A program made the translations under genes and the position numbers. A DNA stretch of 36,080 nucleotides from a virus (Duplodnaviria > Caudoviricetes). The stretch covers positions 1-36,080 of the IMG/VR virus record IMGVR_UViG_3300025251_000035; one strand, given 5' to 3'. Positions 27,997-36,080 of the stretch are shown here, piece after piece (positions within the stretch are counted from its first letter, which is position 1; each line of letters opens with the position of its first letter). A model generated the notes under the pieces. It was not told the origin of the DNA and did no database searches. It saw nothing but the letters and a program-made list of their open reading frames with translations.

Positions 27997-28017
27997 AACC
28001 AACAAGAGGAACATGAT

Positions 28018-29052
28018 ATGAAACTACCGAAAATTAATTTAGTGCAAAGCGTAGAGTTCTTGCACGCATGGGTCCTTGCCGGCAATAGCAAGCCGGTGAT
28101 CCTGTGGGGTCCACCGGGAGTCGGCAAGTCAGCGGTCATCAAGGCGCTGGCCGAAGAACTTGAGTACGGCTTCATCGACATTCGATTGTCGCAACTGGAC
28201 CCGGTCGATTTGCGTGGTGTCCCGTCAATAGATGGAGATATCACCAAGTGGAATGTCCCGTCGTGGCTGCCACGCACAGAGACACACGGAAAGAAGGGCA
28301 TTCTGTTCTTCGATGAGCTGTTTCTGGCATCGCGCTCTGTTCAGGCAGCAGCATACCAGTTGCTGCATGATCGCGAACTGGGAGACTACCGTCTGCCGGA
28401 AGGATGGATCATTCTGGTAGCTACCAACAGGCCGGAAGACAAGGCCGGTATCATTGGCGGCACTTTCGACAGTGCGCTGGTCAATCGCTTTGCTACGCAT
28501 TTCGAGATCGTACCTGATGTCGATGCATGGGCAGAGTGGGCCTTAGGTGCTGGAGACGTATTGCCCGAACTGGTTGCCTTCATCCGGTTTCGCCCGGAGC
28601 TACTGCATCAGTTCGCCGAAGGCGGCATTCCGAAAGGCACCGTTGCCTATTCGACGCCGCGATCTCTCGTTGCGGCTTCGGATATTTTGAAGCTGGAACT
28701 TGATGCCAGCCTCGAACAGGCAGCTATCGAAGGTGCACTTGGTGATTCAGTTGCAGCCGAGCTGGCTGGATTCCTGAACATCGTGCGCACCCTGCCCGAC
28801 GTCAATGGAATTCTCAGGGACCCACAGGGCGCTGATCTCCCGACGGAAACATCCACGCTGTACGCTCTTGCGTCGTTACTCGGCAAGCGTGCGGACCGGG
28901 AGAACTTTCAGGCCGCACTTGATTACCTGTCGCGGACCAGCGAAGAGTTCGCAATCCTTGCAGTCGCGATCGCAACGGCACGAGATCCGGACCTGAAGGC
29001 AACCAAGGCGTACATAAATTTCAAAATCAAGAATAAGGACATCAGTATTTGA
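28018..29052 (+). CDS. MoxR-like AAA+ ATPase
   Basis: Walker A GPPGVGKS, DLRGVP, Walker B FFDEL, sensor ATNR, ALVNRF, TPRS; start moved to ATG 28018 after a GAGGA SD. Confidence 0.92.
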   Translation: MKLPKINLVQSVEFLHAWVLAGNSKPVILWGPPGVGKSAVIKALAEELEYGFIDIRLSQLDPVDLRGVPSIDGDITKWNVPSWLPRTETHGKKGILFFDELFLASRSVQAAAYQLLHDRELGDYRLPEGWIILVATNRPEDKAGIIGGTFDSALVNRFATHFEIVPDVDAWAEWALGAGDVLPELVAFIRFRPELLHQFAEGGIPKGTVAYSTPRSLVAASDILKLELDASLEQAAIEGALGDSVAAELAGFLNIVRTLPDVNGILRDPQGADLPTETSTLYALASLLGKRADRENFQAALDYLSRTSEEFAILAVAIATARDPDLKATKAYINFKIKNKDISI

Positions 29053-29055
29053 TTA

Positions 29056-29112
29056 TCCAACTGAAGAGACTGTTTGCACCAGTCGAAACACCGCGCAATG
29101 CGGTGTCTTGGA
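29056..29112 (+). ncRNA. Type I hammerhead ribozyme (HH3; canonical core)
   Basis: TCCAA-CTGAAGA-GACTG/CAGTC-GAA-ACACCGC/GCGGTGT-C^-TTGGA; predicted cut after 29107. Confidence 0.93.
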
Positions 29113-29140
29113 AGCAACTATAACCAAGAGGAAACATGAG

Positions 29141-30028
29141 ATGAACACAACAACTACGATTCAGGAACAGGCGCTGCTCGTGCGCGTCGTAATCCGTAAA
29201 TGGTCGAATGCCAAGACCGATAGCGGATTGACGCAAGCCGTTGAAGCGGACAACAACATCGTCGGCAGCGGTTTGCTGCGCGTCCGCAAAACATTGCTGG
29301 TCGCACCGACCGTCAAGGCGCTCGGCAAACTCTCGGGCCAGATCCGTAACAACATCGTCGGAAAATTGACGGTCCCTTGGAACGAGGATGGAACGCGATT
29401 GCTGCCGGTCGAACTGATCGATCGTTTTGAGAAAGAGCTATCAGATGCCAAGGTTTACTGGGATGAACTCAAGTCAGAACTCGGCGATGATTATGATCTG
29501 GAAATTGAGAAGGCAAAGATTAGTCTTAACGGCGCCTTCAATGAAGCCGATTATCCTGCAAAGCAGGACATTCTCGATCGCTACTCACTGACAGCGCACT
29601 ACTCGCCGCTGCCGACCGGTGGTGATTTGCGGATTTCATTGCCGCAGGCCAAGCTGGACAAACTCCGCTCAGAGGTAGAGGCGAACGTCAAGGGCGCCCT
29701 TGAAAAGGGCACCAAGCAAGTGCACGAACGGGTTGCCCATGCCTTGGGACATCTTGTCGAGAAGCTGGATAAATTCGGCATAGACAAGAATGGCAAGGTC
29801 ATCGGCGCTTTTCGCGATTCAACTGTTCAGAACCTGAACGAACTGGCAGAAGTTCTGCCGTTGTTGAATATCACCGGCGATTCTACGCTGACCAAAATCA
29901 GCAATGACTTGCTATCCCAATTGCGTAATCTTGATCCGAAGAAACTTCGCGACGATACCAGTCATCGAAGGGACGTTGCCGGCAAGGCACGCAAAATCGC
30001 AAAATCACTTTCTGGCTTTTATAGCTGA
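29141..30028 (+). CDS. Helical protein, DUF3150-like
   Basis: TVPW..GTRLLP..F..DYP pattern; lies between AAA and VWA genes; ATG 29141 with GAGGA SD. Confidence 0.6.
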   Translation: MNTTTTIQEQALLVRVVIRKWSNAKTDSGLTQAVEADNNIVGSGLLRVRKTLLVAPTVKALGKLSGQIRNNIVGKLTVPWNEDGTRLLPVELIDRFEKELSDAKVYWDELKSELGDDYDLEIEKAKISLNGAFNEADYPAKQDILDRYSLTAHYSPLPTGGDLRISLPQAKLDKLRSEVEANVKGALEKGTKQVHERVAHALGHLVEKLDKFGIDKNGKVIGAFRDSTVQNLNELAEVLPLLNITGDSTLTKISNDLLSQLRNLDPKKLRDDTSHRRDVAGKARKIAKSLSGFYS

Positions 30029-30038
30029 GGTAATGACA

Positions 30039-31322
30039 ATGACTTCTAATCACAGTAAAAAAAGACAGGCGCTGGACGCCTTGAAAAAAGCACGAGCACA
30101 TCTGGTCGTCAGGCATCCGTTTTTCGGGTGTCTGGCGCTCGGACTGGAGCTGGTCGAATCAGATGACACTGCCACGTTAGCGACTGACGGCAGTTCTATT
30201 TTCTATAATGTCGATTTCACTTTGTCCCTGACGCTGAAGGAACTGGCGTCGGTCATTGCGCACGAAGTGTTGCATGTAACATTCAAGCACCATTTGCGCA
30301 GAGGGACTCGTGATCCTCAACAATGGAATGTAGCAGCGGATTACGCCATCAATGGGATTCTGATCAAAAGTAAATTGTTCAATCTGCCGGACGGTGGATT
30401 GTTTGACCCTAAGTATCAGGACTGGGGTACAGAAAAGATTTACGCTGATCTCCCGAAACCTGAAGAAGATAATCAGAACGATCCCGGCAGCCAAAGCGGG
30501 GAAGCTGATTACGGAGCCGGCGGTCCCGGTCAGTCTGCTGATGATGCAGCAGAAAATGGCGGTGATGCCGATGGTCCGGGTGATGCATCCGAAGACAGCA
30601 AGCCGGCGCCTGTTGGTGAGATATGGGACGCCAAATCCGATGAAGGCAACGAACTTTCTCCGGCAGAAATTGCCTCTGCTGAACGTCATATTGACTCGCA
30701 AATACATATTGCAGCACAGGCTGAGAAGTCCATAGGCACCGGATCAAATGCCGTTGCCGACGGGATTTTAAAAGGATTATCAGAAGTGAGCGTGCCTTGG
30801 GTCGATGTCTTGAAAGACTATTTGCTGGCAACACATGAGGAAGACTATTCTTTGAACCAGCCAAATCGACGGTTCATTCACCAAGGACTTTATCTTCCCG
30901 CTCCTGTGCATATTCCCGCAGGGAGCTTGGTGCATGCGATTGACATTAGCGGCAGTTTGAGCCGCAAAGAACTGGAAATCATAGCCGCCAACATCAATGA
31001 CATCAACGACGTGCTGCAACCTGCACAAACGCATGTCATTTATTGCGACACCACAATTGTCAACGTCGATACTTTTGATGCCGGCGAAGACATAACGCTG
31101 ACTTACTATCACGGGGGCGGCACCGAATTCGCGCCGCCATTCAACTGGTGCCTCGCAAATGATGTACGTCCTGATGCCCTCATCTATTTCACGGATGGGT
31201 GCGGGACTGTCGGCGGTTCCAAGCGTCTTGACGAGGAGCCAGATTATCCGGTCGTCTGGGCAACAAGTTACAAGGCACCACGTTTTGCCGGGAACGAATT
31301 CGGCGGAGTCATCAAAATTTAA
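30039..31322 (+). CDS. HExxH metallopeptidase-like plus VWA-like domain protein (DUF2201-like)
   Basis: HPFFG, TLATDG, HEVLH, WNVAADYAIN; MIDAS DISGS, GGGTEF, YFTDG; start ATG 30039 or 30033. Confidence 0.88.
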   Translation: MTSNHSKKRQALDALKKARAHLVVRHPFFGCLALGLELVESDDTATLATDGSSIFYNVDFTLSLTLKELASVIAHEVLHVTFKHHLRRGTRDPQQWNVAADYAINGILIKSKLFNLPDGGLFDPKYQDWGTEKIYADLPKPEEDNQNDPGSQSGEADYGAGGPGQSADDAAENGGDADGPGDASEDSKPAPVGEIWDAKSDEGNELSPAEIASAERHIDSQIHIAAQAEKSIGTGSNAVADGILKGLSEVSVPWVDVLKDYLLATHEEDYSLNQPNRRFIHQGLYLPAPVHIPAGSLVHAIDISGSLSRKELEIIAANINDINDVLQPAQTHVIYCDTTIVNVDTFDAGEDITLTYYHGGGTEFAPPFNWCLANDVRPDALIYFTDGCGTVGGSKRLDEEPDYPVVWATSYKAPRFAGNEFGGVIKI

Positions 31323-31336
31323 TTGGAGGATTTAAT

Positions 31337-31558
31337 ATGAATATATTGATTCAAATCACTTCGACATATCAATTTAAAAACAACTGGACAAAAGATGTTG
31401 AAGTTCATGACTTTTATAATCTGGTCGATGAGATCACTGATGATCAATACATCGATGCTGGCGGTGAAAATATCACGCCGGAATCTTTGTGCGAAACGCT
31501 GACCAGTCAGGCTTGGCACAGTGCAGGAACTAATTATCTTGAAGCTAAAGTCGTGTAA
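31337..31558 (+). CDS. Hypothetical acidic protein
   Basis: 73 aa; GGAGG SD. Confidence 0.7.
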   Translation: MNILIQITSTYQFKNNWTKDVEVHDFYNLVDEITDDQYIDAGGENITPESLCETLTSQAWHSAGTNYLEAKVV

Positions 31559-31573
31559 TAGAGTCTGATCATC

Positions 31574-31601
31574 TGCAGCCTTCTCAAGAGGGCTGCATTT
31601 T
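31574..31601 (+). terminator. Putative intrinsic terminator
   Basis: TGCAGCCTTC-TCAA-GAGGGCTGCA-TTTT. Confidence 0.65.
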
Positions 31602-31628
31602 GACTAGATTTAATTTTAGGAGAAAAGA

Positions 31629-32024
31629 ATGAAAGCAATTAAAAAAAATCAGAATGTTTATCTGCGAGAGTGGTCCCAGAACGAAACGCTGAAGCGGTTT
31701 TACGTCAAGCGTGCGATTGATGATATCGAGATTGGCTACATCCAATTGTCCTATGGGCAAGTAGGATATGGTACTGGATATTATCCGGAACACCGTGCAG
31801 CCAAGGGAGATTTTGGGACCCTTGAATTGACCGGCACGGAGCTTGTCGGTGATGAAGAAATCTTGCAGAAAGTGATCGACACGGCGCTGCAGATTAACGA
31901 TGTAGAAATCGGCAATGCGCTGGGTCTGGTTAGCCGCAATGCGAACGTCATTTTTTGGGAGAAGGGCGCTGCCCGTAAAGTCAGACAACAAGCGCAAAAA
32001 AATATCACAGTTAACTTATTATAA
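31629..32024 (+). CDS. Hypothetical protein
   Basis: 131 aa; AGGAG SD. Confidence 0.7.
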   Translation: MKAIKKNQNVYLREWSQNETLKRFYVKRAIDDIEIGYIQLSYGQVGYGTGYYPEHRAAKGDFGTLELTGTELVGDEEILQKVIDTALQINDVEIGNALGLVSRNANVIFWEKGAARKVRQQAQKNITVNLL

Positions 32025-32040
32025 ACGGAGGAATAAACTG

Positions 32041-32304
32041 ATGAAAATCACTCTAAAAAGTTATGAAGTCATTGATTCCATACTGGAGAAAATCAAAGAA
32101 AAATATGGGATGAATATCGATAGGCAGGCAGTGGCCGAATCATCGGTTGAGTGCCAAGAGAGAGAGTACGCCTATAAAAAATATAAAAACGGACGGTTAA
32201 AAAAGGATGAGAATGGGTGCAAGATTATTGACTATGAAAAATCGAAATGGATAACAAAAACGGTCGATTTCTACGATGCCGAACTTCATTTATATTTTGA
32301 CTAA
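32041..32304 (+). CDS. Hypothetical protein
   Basis: Start moved to ATG 32041 after GGAGG. Confidence 0.65.
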   Translation: MKITLKSYEVIDSILEKIKEKYGMNIDRQAVAESSVECQEREYAYKKYKNGRLKKDENGCKIIDYEKSKWITKTVDFYDAELHLYFD

Positions 32305-32320
32305 AAGCGAGGAGAAAAAC

Positions 32321-32704
32321 ATGAAAAAGGGCAAAAAATTGTTATTCATTGTGCGTGATAATGCGAATAATAAAATTAAATTCATTTACAGGGAAGGAAT
32401 CAAAATGGGGGGAAATTGGGAAAAAACCTTTGACCCACTTTATGAGTTTAAAAAGATTATTAACCAAATTTATCGCACTGAACCTGAAAATAGCCTTCAC
32501 GGTTTGTTAGTCAAGGGAAGTGATGGAACACCTGATGTTTGGGAATCTGACTTTTCTTTAGCGGGACTGGTAGGAATTTACAATGACGGGGGAATCTTTG
32601 AGTGGGAAGAACTTGAAGATTTTGAGTCAGGAGAAACCTACAGGCTGTCTAAATTAACTTCAGTTCCTATCGCCTTGGGGTTATCCCTACCTGTAAATAC
32701 TTGA
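32321..32704 (+). CDS. Hypothetical protein
   Basis: Start moved to ATG 32321 after GAGGAG. Confidence 0.65.
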   Translation: MKKGKKLLFIVRDNANNKIKFIYREGIKMGGNWEKTFDPLYEFKKIINQIYRTEPENSLHGLLVKGSDGTPDVWESDFSLAGLVGIYNDGGIFEWEELEDFESGETYRLSKLTSVPIALGLSLPVNT

Positions 32705-32832
32705 GGACAAATAAAAAAATTGATCAGCGTTCCTTAAATGGCCGGTGGCAGGGTCACTCAAAAAATGTTGTGCCGTGCAGGCGCTGGTCAGTTTCATTCA
32801 TGCCTGCAAACAACATTATCTGCCACTCCACG

Positions 32833-32883
32833 ACAGAAGAATTTCTTGGATCATGGGTCCACTAACAGAAGAATTTCTTGGAT
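32833..32883. repeat. 19-bp direct repeat ACAGAAGAATTTCTTGGAT x2
   Basis: Copies at 32833-32851 and 32865-32883; internal palindrome AAGAA-T-TTCTT. Confidence 0.85.
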
Positions 32884-33274
32884 ACGGGTCTGCCCCACCC
32901 GTCTGTTGCAACGGGGCATCGTTTCAGTCATACTCATTTCTTCCCCAATAATTCCAGTCGTCCAGACACCGGGGAATCGCATCAAACATTTCCTGCTCAA
33001 TAATTAATATCTAAGTAACCGTGGGCATTGCGGGCTGTTTTTGTATAGCAACAAAAGTCCGCGACATCCGCGACAACCGCTACACATACTCTTTCCCTAC
33101 ATTCGTGTATTCATGCGGACTGCGGGGGTGTTTTGTATAGCCAACTGGGACCCAGGGGTTTCCCAGGCCCTCCATTTTTTTAACTTCTCTAATCGTGACC
33201 TACTATCATAAAGGTGTGGATAGGCAAAGGCGGCTTATGCGTCCGGCTATAAAGGTCGCAGCAAAAAATAAATA

Positions 33275-34990
33275 CTACAAATCCAAATCATATTTCTTTT
33301 CACTGTAATGTCCTGTTGCCAAGTCATATTTCAGCATGACCATCCCAACTGAACCGACAAACTTAAATCGACACTTCCAGACGTGGAGTTCCACCACATC
33401 GTCACGTCTGTGCAGGCTACATCCGATATCGGCAAGAGCAAAAAAAGATGCGCTGCCAGAAATGTTCATACCCTTCGGGACGCCCGTCTCTCCATTCGGT
33501 CCTATCGTAGGCATCTTAGCGGGGTGGGCGACCAGCCAAATGTGTAAATTGTGGCTTCTAGCACAGCTTATCAGGCGAGTGAGGAGTTTTGTAATTCCCA
33601 GATGCTCAGAATCGGCCCCCGGCTGCGAAATGTAATTGTACGGATCAATAATCAAACCGCGTAGTCCTCCGTTTTCAGACCGTCCATCGCCAAATCTCAT
33701 AATCGCTGATTTGGTTCTGTCCAAAATGCTGTCGATCGAACTGGTCTCGCCGTCCCTGTTCTCAAGAAACACAAAATGCTCATCTATCCATTCCAGAGCC
33801 TCTTCGCTCTCCAGCTTGGACATGCGTGGTGCAACGCCGACATCATCGCTTGTATCAAAGAATTTTTTCGACATATACAACTCTGAAAGTTTAGCAATAT
33901 GAATCGCAGGACTGTTCTCAAAACTAGCGATTCCGAATTTCCAGTTTTCTCGCATGGCTAAAGAAACCATCACGCTGTCAAGGTATCCAGATTTTCCTGA
34001 TCCCGGTAGACCCGTTAAAATAGACAGTTGTCCGGGGACAATGGTCATCAATTTATCGACTGCAGAAATTCCAGTGGATTTGCCCTGCAACATGCCGTCA
34101 GTGTAGAGCTTCTTTACTTCTTCGTGATAACTGGCTGCTGTATAAATCCCATGCAAGGGAACAGGTTCAGCGTCATCGATGATTTTTTTTAATTCTGCTG
34201 GGCCAAGGCTGACCAGCACATCGTTTGCATCTTTGCAGCCCTTCGGAAACCGAACCCTTGAACATTTTGCTCGGCCTATCCGACGGGCAAGTTCTTCGGC
34301 CAGTGCCTCACCAGCCTCGTCTTGATCAACAGCCAGTATGATTTGTTCGGCTGCAGATATCTGTTTTTTTGCTGCCCAGATGAACGAGTATTTTTTTTCA
34401 TCTGGATTAATTTTGCGACTTGAAACTTTCTGCGGGGCACCATTGGGACAAGAAATGCAATTCTCAATACCTGCCGAGTGGGCTGAAAGTGTATCTACTT
34501 CGCCCTCAAAAATAACCAGTTTCTTGGCGTCCTTTTTGATGGATTCAATGCCCCAAAATGTACGTGCTGCCCCGTCCTGAGTAAAATTTTTGCCCTGAAC
34601 AGAACGCCATTTAATGGCCTCGTTTTCGCCATAGACAAATCCTATTGCGTCCAGATTACCCTCGCCTGTAAAATATTTGTTGCCTGAAACAAGATTGAAT
34701 CCGAACACTGATACAGGATCGATACCACGTTTCAATAAATATTGATCAACTAATGATTGATCGGATTCTTTTGGGATGCTGATGGCACGGACATTGGAGG
34801 TTGCTGATATAGGTCTACGAAGATAATTACCAGCGAGAGAACAGTGCCAGCAGTTATATAATACGCTGTCACCACTAATGGTGACGCTCAGTGTTTTGGT
34901 GTGTTTTTTCTTTCGTTGTTTGCTGCAGGATGGACATGGATAACGCTTAGATTCGTGAAGTCCTTCAAAAAAATAATCGAATTCTGACAT
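33275..34990 (-). CDS. DNA primase-helicase (T7 gp4/Twinkle-like)
   Basis: Zn finger CPSC..CWHC, TOPRIM EGEVD and DQDEAG, KDAND, SF4 helicase GLPGSGKS, IIDPYN, VAHP. Confidence 0.93.
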   Translation of the reverse strand: MSEFDYFFEGLHESKRYPCPSCSKQRKKKHTKTLSVTISGDSVLYNCWHCSLAGNYLRRPISATSNVRAISIPKESDQSLVDQYLLKRGIDPVSVFGFNLVSGNKYFTGEGNLDAIGFVYGENEAIKWRSVQGKNFTQDGAARTFWGIESIKKDAKKLVIFEGEVDTLSAHSAGIENCISCPNGAPQKVSSRKINPDEKKYSFIWAAKKQISAAEQIILAVDQDEAGEALAEELARRIGRAKCSRVRFPKGCKDANDVLVSLGPAELKKIIDDAEPVPLHGIYTAASYHEEVKKLYTDGMLQGKSTGISAVDKLMTIVPGQLSILTGLPGSGKSGYLDSVMVSLAMRENWKFGIASFENSPAIHIAKLSELYMSKKFFDTSDDVGVAPRMSKLESEEALEWIDEHFVFLENRDGETSSIDSILDRTKSAIMRFGDGRSENGGLRGLIIDPYNYISQPGADSEHLGITKLLTRLISCARSHNLHIWLVAHPAKMPTIGPNGETGVPKGMNISGSASFFALADIGCSLHRRDDVVELHVWKCRFKFVGSVGMVMLKYDLATGHYSEKKYDLDL

Positions 34991-35030
34991 TGGATTGACC
35001 CCTCAATATTTACATGCTGGAATTTTTTGT

Positions 35031-35098
35031 TCTTCCTAGGAAGATCCTAGTTTGTATATATATATACCTAGGAACTTCCTAGGACAGGAATGTCCTAG
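35031..35098. repeat. Cluster of CTAGGA-N3-TCCTAG palindromes flanking a TA dinucleotide tract
   Basis: Copies at 35036-35050 and 35068-35082; GTATATATATATAC at 35054-35067; CTAGGACA-GGAA-TGTCCTAG at 35079-35098. Confidence 0.85.
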
Positions 35099-35478
35099 TG
35101 ATCCTCCTCTGTGAACCGGCGCTCGATGCAAATTTCTGTTCTCGGGTTTCGCCGGTCGATGAAATGATGTATGTGCTTTTCCCTGACAAGTCGGTCGTTG
35201 CGGTACACACCGCATTTTTCCAACAGGTCTAAAATCAGGCTCTCGTCTAAATCCGGACGCTGGGTCCGGTAATAAATGTTCAGGGTAACCTTGAGTTCGT
35301 TGCCTTCCATCGGAGAGGATGGCACCGGGCACTGTTTCTGGAAATCTTTCTCGTATTGCAGGGCTTTTTTAGATTTGATGAAGCGTGGCTTCTTGCTTAT
35401 CCCGTGCCAAACGAGCCGCCGGCTATTTGCCTTTGAACAAGGCTCCGAGTAGATGACACACTCAAAATCATTCATCAA
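35095..35478 (-). CDS. rusA: RusA-like Holliday junction resolvase
   Basis: EPCSKANSR..RPDLDE..ILDLL..GVYRNDRLV..NPRTEI. Confidence 0.75.
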   Translation of the reverse strand: MMNDFECVIYSEPCSKANSRRLVWHGISKKPRFIKSKKALQYEKDFQKQCPVPSSPMEGNELKVTLNIYYRTQRPDLDESLILDLLEKCGVYRNDRLVREKHIHHFIDRRNPRTEICIERRFTEEDH

Positions 35479-35496
35479 TTATCTGCTTTTTTTGTG

Positions 35497-35525
35497 TTGA
35501 TGCGTCATATCAAACACTATATACT
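35497..35525 (+). promoter_or_regulatory. Putative sigma70 promoter in the divergent region
   Basis: TTGATG-17 nt-TATACT; a possible overlapping minus-strand promoter TTGCCA-18 nt-TATAGT also occurs. Confidence 0.55.
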
Positions 35526-35623
35526 CTAATAGTTACACTTGGCAATACAACAAACGTATTATTTAGTTTTGGGGGTCAAAATTGATTTGCGTCAAAGCAT
35601 TTTTTAGGGAGATTTTTACTACC

Positions 35624-35926
35624 ATGAACGACAAAAAAACAGTGTTGATCGAAACTAACGTGCCGATTCCAGCCGGCAAGCAGAACGAGAAAGAACCGCT
35701 GCCAAATCTGCCTCTAAAGCAGATGCAACCGGGGCAATCCTTTCTGCTTGAAACAAAAGATGACGACCATACTCGACGCAAACTGTCGGCAGTTCGTAGC
35801 TCGATCAGGCGCTTCATCCAAACGGATAATCCGGCAAACAAATTCAGGGTATTTCGGTGGACAGAAGGAAGAGATCGATATGGGGTCCGTGTATTTTGCG
35901 TGAGCGACGATGAAATTAACGAATAA
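35624..35926 (+). CDS. Small basic protein, probable DNA-binding
   Basis: IETNVPIP..PLKQMQPGQSFLL..GVRVFCV; ATG 35624 after AGGGAG. Confidence 0.6.
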   Translation: MNDKKTVLIETNVPIPAGKQNEKEPLPNLPLKQMQPGQSFLLETKDDDHTRRKLSAVRSSIRRFIQTDNPANKFRVFRWTEGRDRYGVRVFCVSDDEINE

Positions 35927-36080
35927 ATTCTCATTGCCTGACTTTGTGGTTTCTGCGCTCACTCGGGACGATTACGATGCCGGATATTCTTCTTCACGAA
36001 GCATAACTCAACTGATCGATGCACCACAAGTTCAAATTTTAAAAAAGGAATTCGCTGATGAAATGAAACAGGACGTCAGC
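35910..36080 (+). CDS. Partial ORF, probable PD-(D/E)XK (Cas4-like) exonuclease N-terminus
   Basis: Hand-translated MKLTNKFSLPDFVVSALTRDDYDAGYSSSRSITQLIDAPQVQILKKEFADEMKQDVS; catalytic motifs lie outside the window. Confidence 0.5.
   Translation, partial: MKLTNKFSLPDFVVSALTRDDYDAGYSSSRSITQLIDAPQVQILKKEFADEMKQDVS

Noticed and set aside
27991-28017. TTG start of the AAA ORF in the track (likewise 29108 for the next gene)
   Set aside because: Both TTGs are the stem I 3' arms of the ribozymes and have no SD; well-spaced SD-ATG pairs lie at 28018 and 29141. Both being in frame is noted but may be chance.
29904-30038. N-terminal extension of the VWA ORF
   Set aside because: Overlaps the upstream gene; GAGG SD supports a start at 30039 or 30033.
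32833-32883. Mini CRISPR array
   Set aside because: Only two 19-bp repeats with a 13-bp spacer; no cas genes.
32738-33007. Plus-strand ORFs of 89 and 68 aa
   Set aside because: No SD, atypical composition, and they span a repeat with a non-triplet period.
1-36080. Alternative genetic code, introns or inteins, tRNAs, integrase
   Set aside because: Core genes are uninterrupted and of normal length in the standard code; no cloverleaf or recombinase motifs noticed by eye.

Overview
Part of a tailed dsDNA phage genome (podovirus-like; no tape measure, sheath, integrase, tRNA or CRISPR seen). 1-26780 is a minus-strand morphogenesis operon: TerS, TerL, portal, GroES, scaffold, major capsid, adaptors, tail fibres, holin/spanins/GH24 endolysin, nozzle and ejection-type proteins. 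27362-32704 is a divergent plus-strand operon: a TMEM65/VIT-like membrane protein, a MoxR-like AAA ATPase, a DUF3150-like protein, an HExxH/VWA protein and small ORFs. 33275-36080 holds a T7 gp4/Twinkle-like primase-helicase, a RusA-like resolvase, a small probable DNA-binding protein and a partial nuclease. Main finding: the plus-strand operon is punctuated by hammerhead ribozyme motifs. Two type I motifs bracket the AAA ATPase gene and share the same stem I (TCCAA/TTGGA), so the excised 1117-nt RNA could rebuild a hammerhead across its own ends and circularise. A variant type III motif overlaps the first gene's ribosome-binding site. Also notable: a CTAGGA-N3-TCCTAG palindrome arrayed at two loci, a 9-mer shared by two promoters, and a GG motif recurring in unrelated late proteins. 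All family calls are by-eye motif recognition, not database searches.
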